Notes: generated by a model from the letters alone, not told the origin. A stretch of DNA of 64,000 bases from the human T2T-CHM13v2.0 reference genome, Homo sapiens (GCF_009914755.1 NC_060947.1); one strand, 5' to 3'. Positions 12,205 through 25,522 are shown, numbered from the stretch's first letter. Made by a program: numbers and translations.

Positions 12205-14261
12205 TTCTTAAATGAGAACTTATACTCCAGGGAAGCAATCTCAGTAGAGCACTCTTTAAGATTGTTTTGCTCTACCCATCCCATCTTTTATGTTTCTTCC
12301 ACCCGTGTCTAATTTGGCAGCAATTTTTAAAACAATTTGCATTTATCTAGTCTTTCCAAAGAGATTCAGCATTTTCATAACAACAGTGTTCTTCTTTTTG
12401 CACAAACTCCATTGGCTTATGCAATATTTAGTTAAATCACAAAATTAGAAACACAAGTACAAGTGGCATCAGTAAGTTTGGAAGCTAACACAAGTAACTC
12501 TTGGGAGGTATTCAACCTGAACGGTGCATGCAGAAGTGGGGAACACAGTAGAAACGCTCCTTACCTGACTGCTCTCTGGTGTGTTTGCTTGCTTCACCCA
12601 ACATGTCAGACTGACTGGCCCACAGCACACAGAAGGCTCACAGCTAATGGGCATCTCATGCACTTTTTAAAGCTATGTGAGAAAACATGTCTAACCTAAT
12701 TGGGTCATCTAGGATCACCGTGTGTGAATGTAAACTATTTTCTTTAAATCATAAGTATCTGCACAATTGGTGCTTGAGAAGATGCTTATTAGATGCTGAT
12801 TTGATGTAAAGTTACTCACTTCTGATGATCATCAAGGTAAAATGAACAAAATCTCCTTGAATGCAAGCAATAGGAAATAACACCATTCATCTCCAAGCAG
12901 TAGAAAAAAATTATCCCTCTCTAAAGATCCTTAAACATCATCTACCTCTGTTTTTAACTGCATTTTCTACAGATTTCTAACCCCAATTTAATCAACCGTA
13001 TGCAGTATGCAATAGTATGTTAATATCTAAATTTTGTCTGCATTGATCCCTCTAGTAAAGAAAGCTGATATTAAGAGACTACATTCAGATGCATGCGTAT
13101 TATTTCCAGTCCCCATCCAAGAGTCTCCTCATTGAGCTGTTATCTTAATTTCACCTAAAATATTATAGCTGTCTCTAGGAATCTGTTTTTGTTTTCCAGC
13201 TCATATTCTGTGAAAGTAACAGAAATCTAATCTCAGTCAATTTAAGTGTTTCCTCCAAAGCACATTTTTTTCTAAAACCAAAGTTTCTTACATATTACCA
13301 AGGAATTGGAAATGGGAAAAATCTGATCCTGAAGTTTCTATGTCCTGGCTTTTTCTCACCTGGCAGATCTGTTATTTGTGGCTCAGTGTTGAGGACATGG
13401 GAATTATTTTGCTCTATTCTCACCCCACTAGGGCATGGAGATGGCACCTCCCTGCAAGGCTGCTGGGGCACCACCTACCTGGACTCACCATGCATCCACC
13501 TCCTGTCAGCACCAGGAGCACACTGGTTGGCAAGGCTGATCTGCTGCAGCCTATACTCTCATCAACTTCTCTTCTGCCTCCTTTCCCATAATGCAGAGAA
13601 TATTCTAAAGTCTCTGCTGGAAGCTCCTCTCAAATCCCCAGTTCTCACTCATGCTATTCTCAAACACTTTCATTCCTAGGTCTTCAGAGTATATGCTTTT
13701 GAAATACAAAATCTAAGAATAAATTTGCCGGCTTTTGGATTTCTCCCTTGCCACACTTCTTCCCTGAGAATGAGCAGAGATCAACTATGAATGAAGTTGG
13801 GGGTGGAAAGGCAGGCAGAAAAGAATGAAATTGCTGGGGGAAAGTAACATAGGAATAGTATCTCAATAGCAGCATCACAATCACTTTCCCACTCTTCTCA
13901 TCTGCAAACTTAACGTAATTATTCTGTCCCCTTCCCAATGGGGTCCCAGACTAGCCTGAAATTTCTGGTCTTGTATTGGCAAGTACTTTCAAGGATTTAG
14001 TTCCACTAACCCCCTGATACACTGCTCAACTGGTGCAGTGAAACTTTAACATCAAGGTTATTCAAGGATGACTTATCTGTCCCCAAGTTGTTTCCTAAAC
14101 CACCGCTCAATTATTTTCTCCATGTTGTTTCCGTTTTGACAATGGGACTTACCCAAATGTCCAAACTCCAGGCTTCTCACTATGTGTTCCATTTTAATCA
14201 AACTGGACTTCTGGCCTTTGTCTTAATTACAAATTTTATTCCACAAATTTGTCTTTGCCTC

Positions 14262-14739
14262 TGTGATAGGTAGAATAATCCCCCCTGCCCAAGATGTATA
14301 TATTCTAATCCTCAGAAACCATGAATATATTATGTTAATGGAATTAAGGTTTCCTCAAAATAGGGAGAGTATCCTGAATTATCTAGATGAGCCCAATGTT
14401 ACCATAACCGTTCTTAAAAGTATAAGGGGAGGGAGGAGTAGAAGAGCAGGTCAGAGTGATGTGATATGAGAAGGAACCTACCCACTGTTGCAGGCTTTGA
14501 AGATGGAAGAAGGGGCCATGAGCCAAGGAATGTGGGCAGTCTTTTGAAGGTGGCAAGGCAAGAGAACAGGATATTCCCTAGTTTCCAGAAAGGAATGTAG
14601 CCCTGTGGACACCTTGCTTTTAGCCCTGTGAGATGCACATCAGACTTCTGACTTCCAAAACTGCAAGATGATAAATCGTGTCATTTTAATCCACTAAATT
14701 AATGGTAATTTATTATAGCAGCCATAGAAAATTAATATA
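14262..14739 (+). mobile_element. MLT1D/MLT1C-like MaLR solo LTR
   Basis: tgtgataggtagaataat...ggctttgaagatggaagaaggggccatgagccaaggaatg...gaaaattaatata. Confidence 0.82.
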
Positions 14740-15989
14740 ATGTTCATCGTGAGACCCAGACTTGGTCTTGAAAATCCTTGAAGTGAGAGTTTGGATCCTG
14801 CCAGGGCTCTAACCTAAAGATGATTTTTCTCAGGCACCTCCCTTCTGACTTCCTTTGTGATGTGTCCTCATGCTCTGTACCTGATGGGATACCTTACTGC
14901 CCTAGACTCTCTTTTGCTGTCCTCTTGTCTGCTAGAAATTTCCAGAAGTTACAGACAGCTTTCCCTGAAAGTTTATCCTCAACAACAATTCTGAGATGTG
15001 GCATAGTCCAGTTGTTGTCTTGGCATCCAACATATCTGGTCTGTATTTACTTGACATTGTAAATTGTCTATGTAATATCAGTCAATTCATATCACAGCCT
15101 TGACTATCCTTTTAGAATATGATTTCCTATCACCTCTGTCTCCCTTAACTCCATGAGTTGCTAATATCTTGATTTCATCTGTAATAATTCCCTGGAGTTC
15201 TGCATCAAACATCATGGTAGGGAAGCACATGGAAACCAAACAGTTCCCTTCTTCTGGACATGTAAACTGCTCATCCAAGAATGACACTTTTATTTTTTAC
15301 TTTTCACAAACAACCCTTTCTTTTATTAATTATATTCTACCTTAATTACATCTCTGTTATTAACTTTGCCCCAAGTGGATGTAACTGTTGACTTTCATTT
15401 TTTACACAACTTGGACAGAATCTCAGATGTGTTGTTAGTTTGTACTTTCACATAGTTCTAGTGTCATTTCCAATTTTCTGTAATTTTTCTTACAACTCTA
15501 GAATTTTGTGTTATCCAGATCTGTATGATATTTAATGAATTCTGTAAAGTTAGTAGCAGAAAATGAGGCTGCCTGTGCTTCTTCAACAATTGTTAACAAT
15601 TTTCTATTCTAGCATTCTAAAAAAGGCTTCCGTCACTTAAAAACTTTTGGAGCAATTTTTGGGGCTTCAATAATATTAAAAACACTTGGACTTTTAAATA
15701 GCATTATTTGCATCATTTAATTATTGTTTATGGTCACAAACAAGTAGATAACTGGTAGTTTTGATACTTAAATCACTCAAAGAATCCACCATTATATTGA
15801 TGGCATTATTTTAGTCCATTTAATACACAGTGCATGGCTTCTATTGCTATTTGCATTTCTAACTTAGTGGAAGAACTATTTGATGTGATGCATTCTTGAA
15901 AAATGGATTCAGAAGCCTGTTTCTTTCAGACATCACTACCTCCTTTCTCACTCTTAGCTGGTTGTCTTGCCTTGTAACCATGGAATATC

Positions 15990-16915
15990 AAAAGAGCTGA
16001 GCGTTCTAGCAAGATAAAAGGTAGAATGTGTCCTTTGTATTTGGCAATTAGGAGATCCCTGGTCACTTTATATAATGTGATTTGATAGAGACAGAAGCCA
16101 AATTGCTGTGGGTTGAGATATGAATGGAAAGTGAGACAGTGGAAATAGCCAGTGGGAAAGATGAGAAGCAGAGGTGAGAGAGACTGGATGGTAAGGAAAA
16201 GGGACAGATGTGCAAAGAGGTGTTTTAGGAAGGGAGAGACTTTAGGATATTTATTGGCTAAGAGAAGGAGTCAGCAGAAAGGCAAAGCCTTTCAAGAGAG
16301 GTTATGACTAGGGGAGCAGGATCCTGAGGAAAAGGAGGGGATGGAGGGCAACCAGAGGGCTAAAACGGAAGGCCTGGTCAGTTGTCAACAAGACGAGGGA
16401 ACTAGCACTTTTGAAGCCTGGAGGACGGAAGTTAAGGATGGGCATGAATAAAGATGTATTCACAGGGAGGCGGGGCTGAAAGTTGAAGAATCATCCTCCA
16501 CATAGAAAGAGGCTTTGTCATCTGCTGAGAGTGTGGAGGTCATGGAGTAAATGATGGCTTGAGGAGAATAGTGAAGATTTACAACATTCATGGAGAAGAA
16601 TGTGAGAGAAATCTGAGAAAGGACAAGTGAAATAATCAAGGGGTGGTACTGTGCGTCCAACCAAGATTGACTTTGTGAGTAGGTAGTTGTGCCTAGCTGT
16701 GTGGTTGTGTGATTTCTGCCAGCAGTGCTCAGTCTCTAGATGTAAAAGCAGAGAATGTAAGTGACGGCAATAATCCAGAGATTGGTTTTTTGGGGGGGAA
16801 GGTGGGGGATGGAAATAATTATAGGATGGGTCTATGAGGGCATTCACAGTAGAGGTCCAGATTGTATAGGGAAGTAAGGGAGGCCAGGAGAGAGATGACA
16901 GATGAAGAAAATAGG
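15990..16915 (-). mobile_element. L2 LINE fragment
   Basis: gtatttggcaattaggagatccctggtcactt...gaagccaaattgctgtgggttgag; highly diverged, boundaries approximate. Confidence 0.6.
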
Positions 16916-16929
16916 ACAAAGAGCGCCCT

Positions 16930-17556
16930 CAGCTGATGCTCACAACAACCCTCCAGACAGATAGTTTAATCAGCCAAACTTTGAAGATGAGGAAATTGTG
17001 GCTTTGAGATATTAGGTGACTTGTATGGTGAGGTACCTAGAGAAGTAACCAAGATGAGCTACACCTTTTCTACTGTACTGTGTCTAACCTTTCAGGGCCC
17101 CACAGACTTAGCTCCATTCCTTTCTCTGCACCCAAGAGTATATAAGGGAATATTTTTGCATATTTTGCAAATTTAACTCAAGTAACCTTAAGCTTCACCA
17201 ATCCGTACCCACACAAATGAAGTCACAGCAACCCAAATTTTGTTTGCTTATTGCTTCTACCTTTGTAATACAGGACTTCACCTCCAGACAAAACTTTCTG
17301 TCCCAAGCATTGTTTGGACTCTGAGGGTGTGTCACATTTACTCATGAACATGTCCACTCCCAGTGGATACTTTCTGCATTGTTGGGTGACAGTCCAGGCC
17401 AGTGCTCTGTTAGAACCTCCATGGTACCATGCAGTCACCTGTGACTTAGAAAGTTCCTTATAAATAAAGACACTGAGGCACAGAGACATTAGTCACTTAT
17501 CCATAATAACAAATCTAGTAAGTAGCAGAGCTGAAATTCAAACTCAAGTAGTCTGT
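16930..17556 (-). mobile_element. Two MIR fragments (~16930-17080 and ~17450-17556)
   Basis: MIR cores gatgaggaaattgtggctttgaga and gacactgaggcacagaga...ctgaaattcaaactc. Confidence 0.6.
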
Positions 17557-17559
17557 TTA

Positions 17560-18880
17560 TATTGTGATCTTTTTTAGGCTTTCAGTACTGATGTTATACT
17601 TTCTTCATAAAATACTTTTGGGAATGTTCTTCTTTTCCTAAGCTTTGGAAAAATATAAACATCAGTGGAATTGTCTGCTCTTCTAAGGTTTTGTAGAATT
17701 CCCCTGTGAAGCTCACTGGACTTTGAAACTCATCACCAATTTTAGTTCCACTATGAAAGTCAGACTATTTAAGTTTTCTATCTCTTCTGGAGTTTGTTCT
17801 TGATTGTTAATATTATACAAAAATTATATTAACATACAAAAATAAAATTATGCATAAATATACAAAATTAAATTTTTGTATAATATTAATCTTTTTTGGT
17901 TTCTAAATTTATTTTCAGGGTGTTTTGCAAGGTAATCTCTTAACTTATTTATTTTCCCTAATCTGTGGTTTCTGTGGCTATTTCTAATTGTCATCTGTTA
18001 TTTTATGCATTCATAATTTCCTACTTAAAAAATTACATTAGCTTATTGCTTACTCATTTTGTTCTTTTTTAACAAAAGCATTTTTGGTTATTTATTTATT
18101 AATAATACTTTTTTTGGTTCTGATTTTATTTTTAGATTTTTCTTTATTAAGTCCTCTTTTCTCCTTTTGTTTAGTTGGATGCTTTATTACATTTCTTTTT
18201 TTTATGTATTTTCAGCAATAAATTTTACTCTGATCACTGATTTAGCTCTAGCCTGTATGTGCTGGTATCTAGTATTTTCTTTATCTCTTTTTTGGCTAGA
18301 AATTCTTTAAAATTTACTCAAGAATATTTAAGGGAAAGGTATTTTTTTTTTTTAATTTCCAGGTGAAAAGACCTTTTTTAAAAAAATTGTTATTAACTTC
18401 AAGTTATAGCACTGTGATCAGAAAATTCTGTCTTTTGAAAGTTATTATATTTTTTGGCAAAATAAACTTTCTAAATTGAAAAAAAAAGAAAAGAGAGTTA
18501 TTACATTTTTTCTGGTGGACTAATATGTAGCCAATTTCCCCAACAATTTTGTGGATACTCAAAGAAAGGTGTATTTTCTATTTTCATTGCACACTGTTCA
18601 ATATATTTCCATATTGTATAGTTTGGGTCTCCTGTAGCTTTAATTTTGATTTTGGTCATCTTGCTCTATCTTGGATTATCTTGAACAGAACCTCGAGTTG
18701 TCACCCAATCTGAGGAGTTTTTTTTTTCTTTAAAGAGTAAGTTAAGCCTATTAACATGTTTTTATATGACAGCTACATCTGTTCTTGATTTCCTCATTTC
18801 AGTGTTACTTTCTGGTTTTGTACTGATAGAATTACCATTCTTATATCCTTTTCTTTGCTTTATATCATAATTCTTTCTGT
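17560..18880 (-). mobile_element. Old L1M fragments
   Basis: T-rich antisense L1 ORF2-like text (ttttgtagaattcccctgtgaagctcactgg); very diverged. Confidence 0.55.
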
Positions 18881-19110
18881 TGACATCACTGGGCATTTAG
18901 ATTCCTTCAAGAAGGAAGTTTCAAGTAACCTCACCAGATAAGGAACCTCCATCAGCTGAAGTGCTGGCTGAGGACACAAGGAACATGGAATAGGTAGTAA
19001 AAAAAGGAATTTATAAAGATCAACCATAAATTTGTGACCAATTATAGAAATAGGGACTTAGAAGTCAAGCATATTCTTTCTTGTTTCTTATGCACATATA
19101 CATGTAGTAT

Positions 19111-19732
19111 TGTAGAAGGCAGAGTTCTAAGATGGCCTCTTAAGATTTCTGACTCCCAGTGTATTTACACCTTCTCCCAGTTATTCAATCAAACAGGAAT
19201 CTAAATACTGCTATGAAGAGATTTTTTTTTTTTTCAGATTTAATCAAGGCCCCAAGTCAGTTGCTAAGATTATCTGGGTGGGCCTGACCTAATTACATGA
19301 GAGCTTTAAAAGCAGAGATTTTTATCCAGCTAGTCACAGTGGGGAAGTCAGCAATTCAAAGCATGAGAAGGATGCAGCGTGCCCTTCCTGGCTTGAAGAT
19401 GGAGGGGTTATGTGGCAAGAAATTCAGGTAGCCTCTAGGAGTTGAGAACAGCTTCTGGTTGACATCCAGCAAAGAAAGTGCAACCTCAGTCCTATTACAA
19501 CAAGGAACTGAATTCTACCAACAACAATGAGCTTGGAGGCATAATTTTCCTCAGAGCCTCTAGATGAGAACTCAGTCTAGCTGAACTCTTGATTTCAGCC
19601 TTGTGATATCTTGAGCAGATAATCCAGCCATGCTGTATTGGACTTTCGACCTACAGAATTGAGAGCTAATAAATGATCTTTTAAGCCACTAAGTTTGTGC
19701 TAACTTATTGTGCAATAACAAGAACTAACACA
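19111..19732 (+). mobile_element. MLT1E-type MaLR solo LTR
   Basis: Runs tgtagaaggcagagttctaagatggc...gaactaacaca; TSD AGTAT/AGTGT. Confidence 0.82.
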
Positions 19733-20176
19733 AGTGTTCACTTATTCCTTTTTAAATCCTTTCTCCTTCCCTCTCATTGTTTTATATAAGGACTGTTCTT
19801 AATGGCTAACTTTACAATTTAAACTTTAGGTGTAATCGTGACTGAAAGGGAGATGTAATTAACATAATCTAGAGATAGAAACCATGACTGGTTTCCAGAG
19901 ATGGATATAGTGACTGATAAGATATCTTCATTTTGTGGGGAGAGGATAAGAGCAGAAAGGTGTTATTAGTGTCGTATAAAAGGTGAAATATATAAAGAAG
20001 AGTGTGCGTGGATGCTATGTAGCCATAAGGGTGGAGTGGACTATTGTCTCTCACCTCCAAGCCTATACTTCTATACTCTTTGCAATGATGCTGAGACTCT
20101 GCAAAATTCTCCTTTGTCATTTGGCTTCCTCTTAGGTTCTGCTGATAGGAAGCACTAGAGAAAGATTAGATGGCAG

Positions 20177-20806
20177 TGTTGCCAGAAAGGGGTCCTGATC
20201 CAGACCCCAAGAGAGAGTTCTTGGACTTTGTGCAAGAAAGAATTTGAGGTGAGTCCGTAGAGTAAAGTGAAAGCAAGTTTATTAAGAAAGCAAAGGAATA
20301 AAAGAATGGCTACTCCATAGGCAAAGCAGCAGCATGGGCTGCTCAACTGAGAATACTTATAGTTACTTCTTGATTATATGCTAAACAAGGGGTGGATTAT
20401 TCATGAGTTTTCTGGGAAAGAGGTGAGTAATTCCCAGAACTGAGGATTCCTCCCTACTTTAGACCATATATGGTAACTTCCCCACATCGCCATGGCATTT
20501 GTAAACTGCCATGGTGCTGGTGGGAGTGTCTTTTAGCATGCATTATAATTAGTGTACGATACGCAGTGAGGATGACCAGAAGTCACTTTCATTGCAGTCT
20601 TGGTTTTAGTGGGTTTTGGCTGGCTTCTTTACTGCATCCTATTTTATCAACACGGTCTTTGTGACCTGTATCTTGTGCTGACTTCCTATGTCATCTTGTG
20701 ACAAAGAATGCTTTAACTTCCTGAAAATGCAACCCATTAAGTCTCAGCCTCATTTTACTCAGCCCCTATTCGAGATGAAGTCTCTCTGGTTTAAATGCCT
20801 CTGACA
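20177..20806 (-). mobile_element. MER41B solo LTR (ERV1)
   Basis: Reverse complement starts tgtcagaggcatttaaaccagag; 630 bp; carries the B-type segment with tandem GAS sites; 4-bp TSD GCAG at 20173-20176 and 20807-20810. Confidence 0.88.
20410..20439. promoter_or_regulatory. Tandem GAS (STAT) motifs in MER41B
   Basis: TTCTGGGAA at 20410-20418 and TTCCCAGAA at 20431-20439 both match TTCnnnGAA. Confidence 0.7.
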
Positions 20807-22005
20807 GCAGGAAAAGAAGAGAGGAGACTTCTTTTCTTATTATTTTGCATATTATTCCTCCTAGCAATGACCCTTCATTCTGGTAGCAGCAGTTGGTTCC
20901 AATCTTCAGCTTCTATTGGAACTTTTGGAAGGGACCTCATCACACCCCTTCAGAGGGTCATGTCTACACCTCAGAGCCCAAAGCTCTAGCTCCTCAGAGA
21001 CTGTGGTTTCAGCTGTGAGTCCCAGTAGCCCAAGATATTCTTTTTGTTTCCCTATTATTTTTATGTCATCTCAGTCTTTCCTTTTTGCTTTTCAGCACTC
21101 TGATACCTATAACCTATGTCCTAAATGAAATGATCTCTGTTGAAACAACTAGTGTGGTTTCTGTTTTCCTGACTTGACCTTGAATGATGTAATCTTATAT
21201 AATTCTATTACATGGGCTCATCTCAGAGCCTAATGAAGGACCTCACACATTGTGTATATTTTATAGGTGTTGGTTGAATTAAATAATGAATTGTTGGATG
21301 ACTAAAGTGTATTTTTATCAGGAAGGATCATGGTATACAAGATCACAAGTAGTTTGAGTGCCGACAACAGTGTGCTAAGAAGGACAAGATGTGATTTCTA
21401 CCTTAAAAGCAGGATGTGGAAAGTTCTATAATAGAGGCACAAAGTGATAAGGAATAGAGAAAGGTGATAATTCTACTGCAGGAGGTGGAAGAGCATGGAT
21501 AAACCATAAAAGACTTTATGAAGGAAGTAAACACTAAAGAATGGGTAAATTCTTGACAGATGAATGGGTTAAGGGAATTTCAGGTGAAGGGAATTGATCG
21601 AACAAATTTCAGAGGCTGGAAATAGAAATATGTGTTCAAGTAATGGTGAATAGTATAGCAGATTTTAAGAAGGCCAACGTAGTAGAGTGCAAAGGAAACC
21701 ATAGTGGGTCATTAGGTTGGAAATGTAGAGCCATGCTAGAATTAGCTGTGGCTCTCCAGAGCCTATGGTAACTATGAAAGACATCATATCTAGAAACTCC
21801 ATGAGGATCATGTGTATGTTGTTTATTGTTGAGCCCTAGCTTAGCATAGGTGTATCTCTATTGCAGAGAATAGGTATAATTAGCATAGCACTTGCCACAT
21901 AATAGGAATACAATAGCATATAATTGAATAAATATTCACTGGAATTAGCAACGAGGATGCCAATGGTAACCTTGAGGAAATGACTTCAGTGAAATATTGA
22001 GAGGG

Positions 22006-22758
22006 TGTGACAGACCAGGTCTCCATTAGCAACCAGAGCAGTCAGCCTTCACCAATATCTTAGTGTAACTCTAATGAATGTACAAGTTAAACATTAAAGA
22101 ACTGGAGAAACTGGTGCCTTACTACAAAGCCTAGAATGTACAAACAGGTCCATTAAGACCATGTCTGGGCTTTCTCAGACCTTAGAGTTTAATTAAAATA
22201 ATGGAGACATTCTTGCATACCTTGTACCAGGACCCACTTTAGATTAAGTAATTTTTGCAAGGCTCTGAAGTAGTTGTCTAGACCGTGGACCCTAGTTAAG
22301 ATTAGGTAGAGTGAAACACTTTGGCTTTCGGCTTGTAGGTGCACTGAATGTATATAAGCACTAGAAAAAACTTGTAACTTTGAGTTGGTATGATGAGTTG
22401 GTCTGATGAGTTACTCCAACCTTCTCCCTGTAACTGGTTGCAGAAATAAATTCTTTTATGAATATATATAAGCACTAGAAAAAACTTGTAACTTTGAGTT
22501 GGTATGATGAGTTGGTCTGATGAGTTACTCCAACCTTCTCCCTGTAACTGGTTGCAGAAATAAATTCTTTTATGAATATATATAAGCACTAGGAAAAACT
22601 TGTAACTTTGAGTTGGTATGATGAGTTGGTTTGATGAGTTACTCTGACCTTCTCCCTGTAACTGGCTGTAGAAATAAACTCCCTTGTTTCCCAGTCTGTC
22701 TGCATCTTGTTATTGGACCACAAGAACAAGCAGCCTGACCTTGTTCTGTCTGGGAACA
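22006..22758 (+). mobile_element. Solo LTR, LTR47-like (family uncertain)
   Basis: TG...CA termini (tgtgacagaccaggtct...gggaaca), TATA and AATAAA, AGGG on both flanks. Confidence 0.7.
22345..22678 (+). repeat. 114-bp tandem repeat, ~2.9 copies, inside the LTR
   Basis: TATATAAGCA at 22351, 22465 and 22579; copies 1 and 2 identical. Confidence 0.97.
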
Positions 22759-23036
22759 AGGGGAAGATTCATAATCCTAAAAGCTAGATGAATTCATATT
22801 TTGGATGAGTTTGCAGTTGTTCTACTCCTAGTAATTAAATAGTTTTAAAAGTTGCAGTTCAGGATTTTAATATTTAACCCTACCTAGCTACAAACGTATG
22901 TGTACCAGCAAAACAGAGGAGCAAACTAAGATGAGGCAGATATGTATTCCAGTCCGCAAAGACTCCAACTCAGGACACAGGCAAAGGGAATTCCTAGGGT
23001 GAGAGGGAAGAACATTCCAGAAAGGCAAGTAGCTCA

Positions 23037-23609
23037 TGAAGGAAATTAAAATATTTTACCCCAAGATATATTACTTTGACATATTTTGAGATGGCTGTCA
23101 GAGAGTCAGTAAACAAAAGTGGCCCTGTAAAGCTGTCTTTTGTGGCGGAAATTCACATCTGTAGACAATCTACATTGATACAGTCAGGTATCCCTTGTTG
23201 GGATCTAGGAAAGATTGAGAGTCTGACACCTAAAGATCTAAAAAAAAAAAAAAAAAAAAAAAAAACTCACTTACCACTTATTCTGTCCGAGGGCTGCTAT
23301 CTGTAAGATTTCATCTGCATTACAAGATCACATTCATAAGCCAAGCCTCCTCTTATCTCCCTTCCATAATCTGTCCTGACACTATAACCTGACTTACCAC
23401 TATAACTTGTGTTTGGCCATGCTCTGAGACCACATTCTTTCTATAATCTCAAGATGGTATCTAAGGTTTGTACCTTATTGCGGGGTTGGATCTTCATTCT
23501 GAAGGCTCTCGGGTATACATGTTAAATAAAATGTGCATGCCTTTTCTCCTATTAACCAGTGTGCCTCATGTCAGTGATTTTTCAGCGAACCTTTCCCTTG
23601 GCCACCACA
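23037..23609 (+). mobile_element. MER34-family solo LTR
   Basis: tgaaggaaattaaaatattttacccc...tttcccttggccaccaca; homologous to 30917-31493. Confidence 0.75.
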
Positions 23610-23966
23610 GGGAAAAGCTAGCAATAAGTGATACTTATAGAGAAATCCAAGCAAATTAAAAAACAAAGGCAATTATTAGCATTAGGTAAAACAAAAGTAG
23701 GAAAGGAATAATAATATTAGTATGCTACATTTACCAGCTGTGAATTGTGTTTGCATAGGCAAATTCATGTAAATGCTGAATACTGATTTAGCCAAAAATT
23801 GTAATATAACAATGTTGGGAGATGGGAGAGGGGAGCAGAAAGAATGGTATAAAAGAACTAACTCCTGATCCATCATTATAGGAAGTAAATAATGCCTAAA
23901 ACAGATGAAATATAATATCATACACATGTTATTTGGAGAAGTGAATTATATATAAGTGCCAGAAGA

Positions 23967-25023
23967 GGCCAGGTGCGGGGGCTCACACCTCTAATCCCAA
24001 CACTTTGGGAGGCCAGGGTGGGTGGATTACTTGAACCTAGGAGTTCAAGACCAGCCTGGTAACATGGTGAAACCCCATCTCTACAGAAAATACAAAAACT
24101 AGCTAGGCATTACGGTATAACTGCCCAAGAGGTTCTTCCTGCCCACTGCATAAAGAAAGACTACCACATTGTAGTAGAGAAAGACTTTAGTAGACATGAG
24201 GCCGGCAATGACCTCCATGGGAGAAGGAGTTGGTGCTCAAATCATCTCATCCAAAGCTCGTATGTTAGGGGTTTTTCAAAGGCAGTTTGAGGGAAGAGGT
24301 AGGGGTGGCCAGGTAACAGTTGCTTGCTGCTGATTTGTTGGGGTGGAAATGAAATGATAGGGGGTCAAAGCTGTCCTTCTGGGGGCTGAATCGCTTCTGG
24401 GTGGGGCCACAGGAGCCCCAGCAGGTGGGGGTCCAGGTGGAGCCATGAGTGTCAGACATGCAAAAAGCCTGAAAAGACATCTCAAAAGGCCAATATTAGG
24501 TTCTACAACAGTGATGTTATTTGCAAGAGTAATTAGGGAAGTTGCATATCTTATAACCTCTGGAATAATTATTCATGTCTGCGCCTTAGCAGGAATCAGG
24601 GTCCTTTCCTCCCTGCAGCCTGCTGGCCTGCCATTAGTGTTACAAAAGCGACTGAGTTTTGGGGCAAGGCCTATTATCATTTAAACTATAGCCTGACTCT
24701 ACTGCCCAGGAATAATTAAGGGAAAGGCAAAACGGCGGGGCTGGGCGGGTGGGGGGGCGCGGGTAAGGCACAGTTAGCTCTGGTAACTGCTATATAATTT
24801 TTCTCACTAAAAATAATAATACTGTTATAATTTTTGTCCCTAATAATAATTTTTGCAAAGGTGATTTCAGTGGCACGCGTCTGTAGTCCCAGCTACTCGG
24901 GGAGCCTGAGGCAGGAGGATGGATTGAGTCCATGAAGGAAGTCTGGGCTGCAGTGAGCTGTGATCGCACCACTGCACTCCAGCCTGGGTGACAGAGTGAG
25001 ACCCTGTCTCGGGAAAAAAAAAT
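23967..25023 (+). mobile_element. AluJ split by an LTR insertion
   Basis: Left part 23967-24115, right part 24870-25023; TSD AGTGCCAGAAGA at 23955-23966 and 25024-25035. Confidence 0.9.
24116..24869 (-). mobile_element. LTR26/LTR8-group ERV1 solo LTR inside AluJ
   Basis: Reverse complement starts tgaaatcacctttgcaaaaatt and ends gggcaggaagaacctcttgggcagttata. Confidence 0.75.
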
Positions 25024-25522
25024 AGTGCCAGAAGAAACAACTAAAAGAGTCTAACTAAAGTGGTTGCTTCTGGGAAGGTGAATAAAGGAGAATGGAGATT
25101 GGTAGAGCAAGACAGGGGGCCATTGTTAATACTATGTGGCTTTTAAAAAAACTATATGCATGTATTACATTGATAATTAATTTTAAGTGAAAATTTCTGG
25201 AAGCATACTCAAACTATTAACAATAGATACCTCTGAGAAGTGGGCTTGCCAGGGAAGCGGGCTTCTTTTATTTCTCAGTTTAAATCTCTGCTATTTGAAT
25301 TTTTCACAATGGACATGCATTACTTTTATAATTAAAATAATAGTAACAACAATATTAATAAAAATATAACTATTGGTTGACATTGGAAATAGGCACTTCA
25401 GTAAAAGTGAGCAATAACTTCTCCAAGATCAAGGTAAATTTGGAGAGCAGAGGTGAGACAGAGCAGGGGCCCCTCTTAGGGGATTGTAGGTCCCCCCAAG
25501 CATGTAAATAAAGGAAAATCTT

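Larger units (their letters stand above)
18915..21190 (+). mobile_element. ERVL internal 3' end followed by LTR33-like LTR, interrupted by MLT1E and MER41B
   Basis: ERVL-like cagctgaagtgctggctgagg...; PPT-like aagggtggagtggact near 20026-20042; LTR33-like text 20043-20176 resumes at 20811. Confidence 0.6.

Noticed and set aside
22302-22589. ORF with a repeated 38-aa unit, or a CRISPR-like array
   Set aside because: The 114-bp period is divisible by 3, which explains the peptide repeat; units are head-to-tail with no unique spacers
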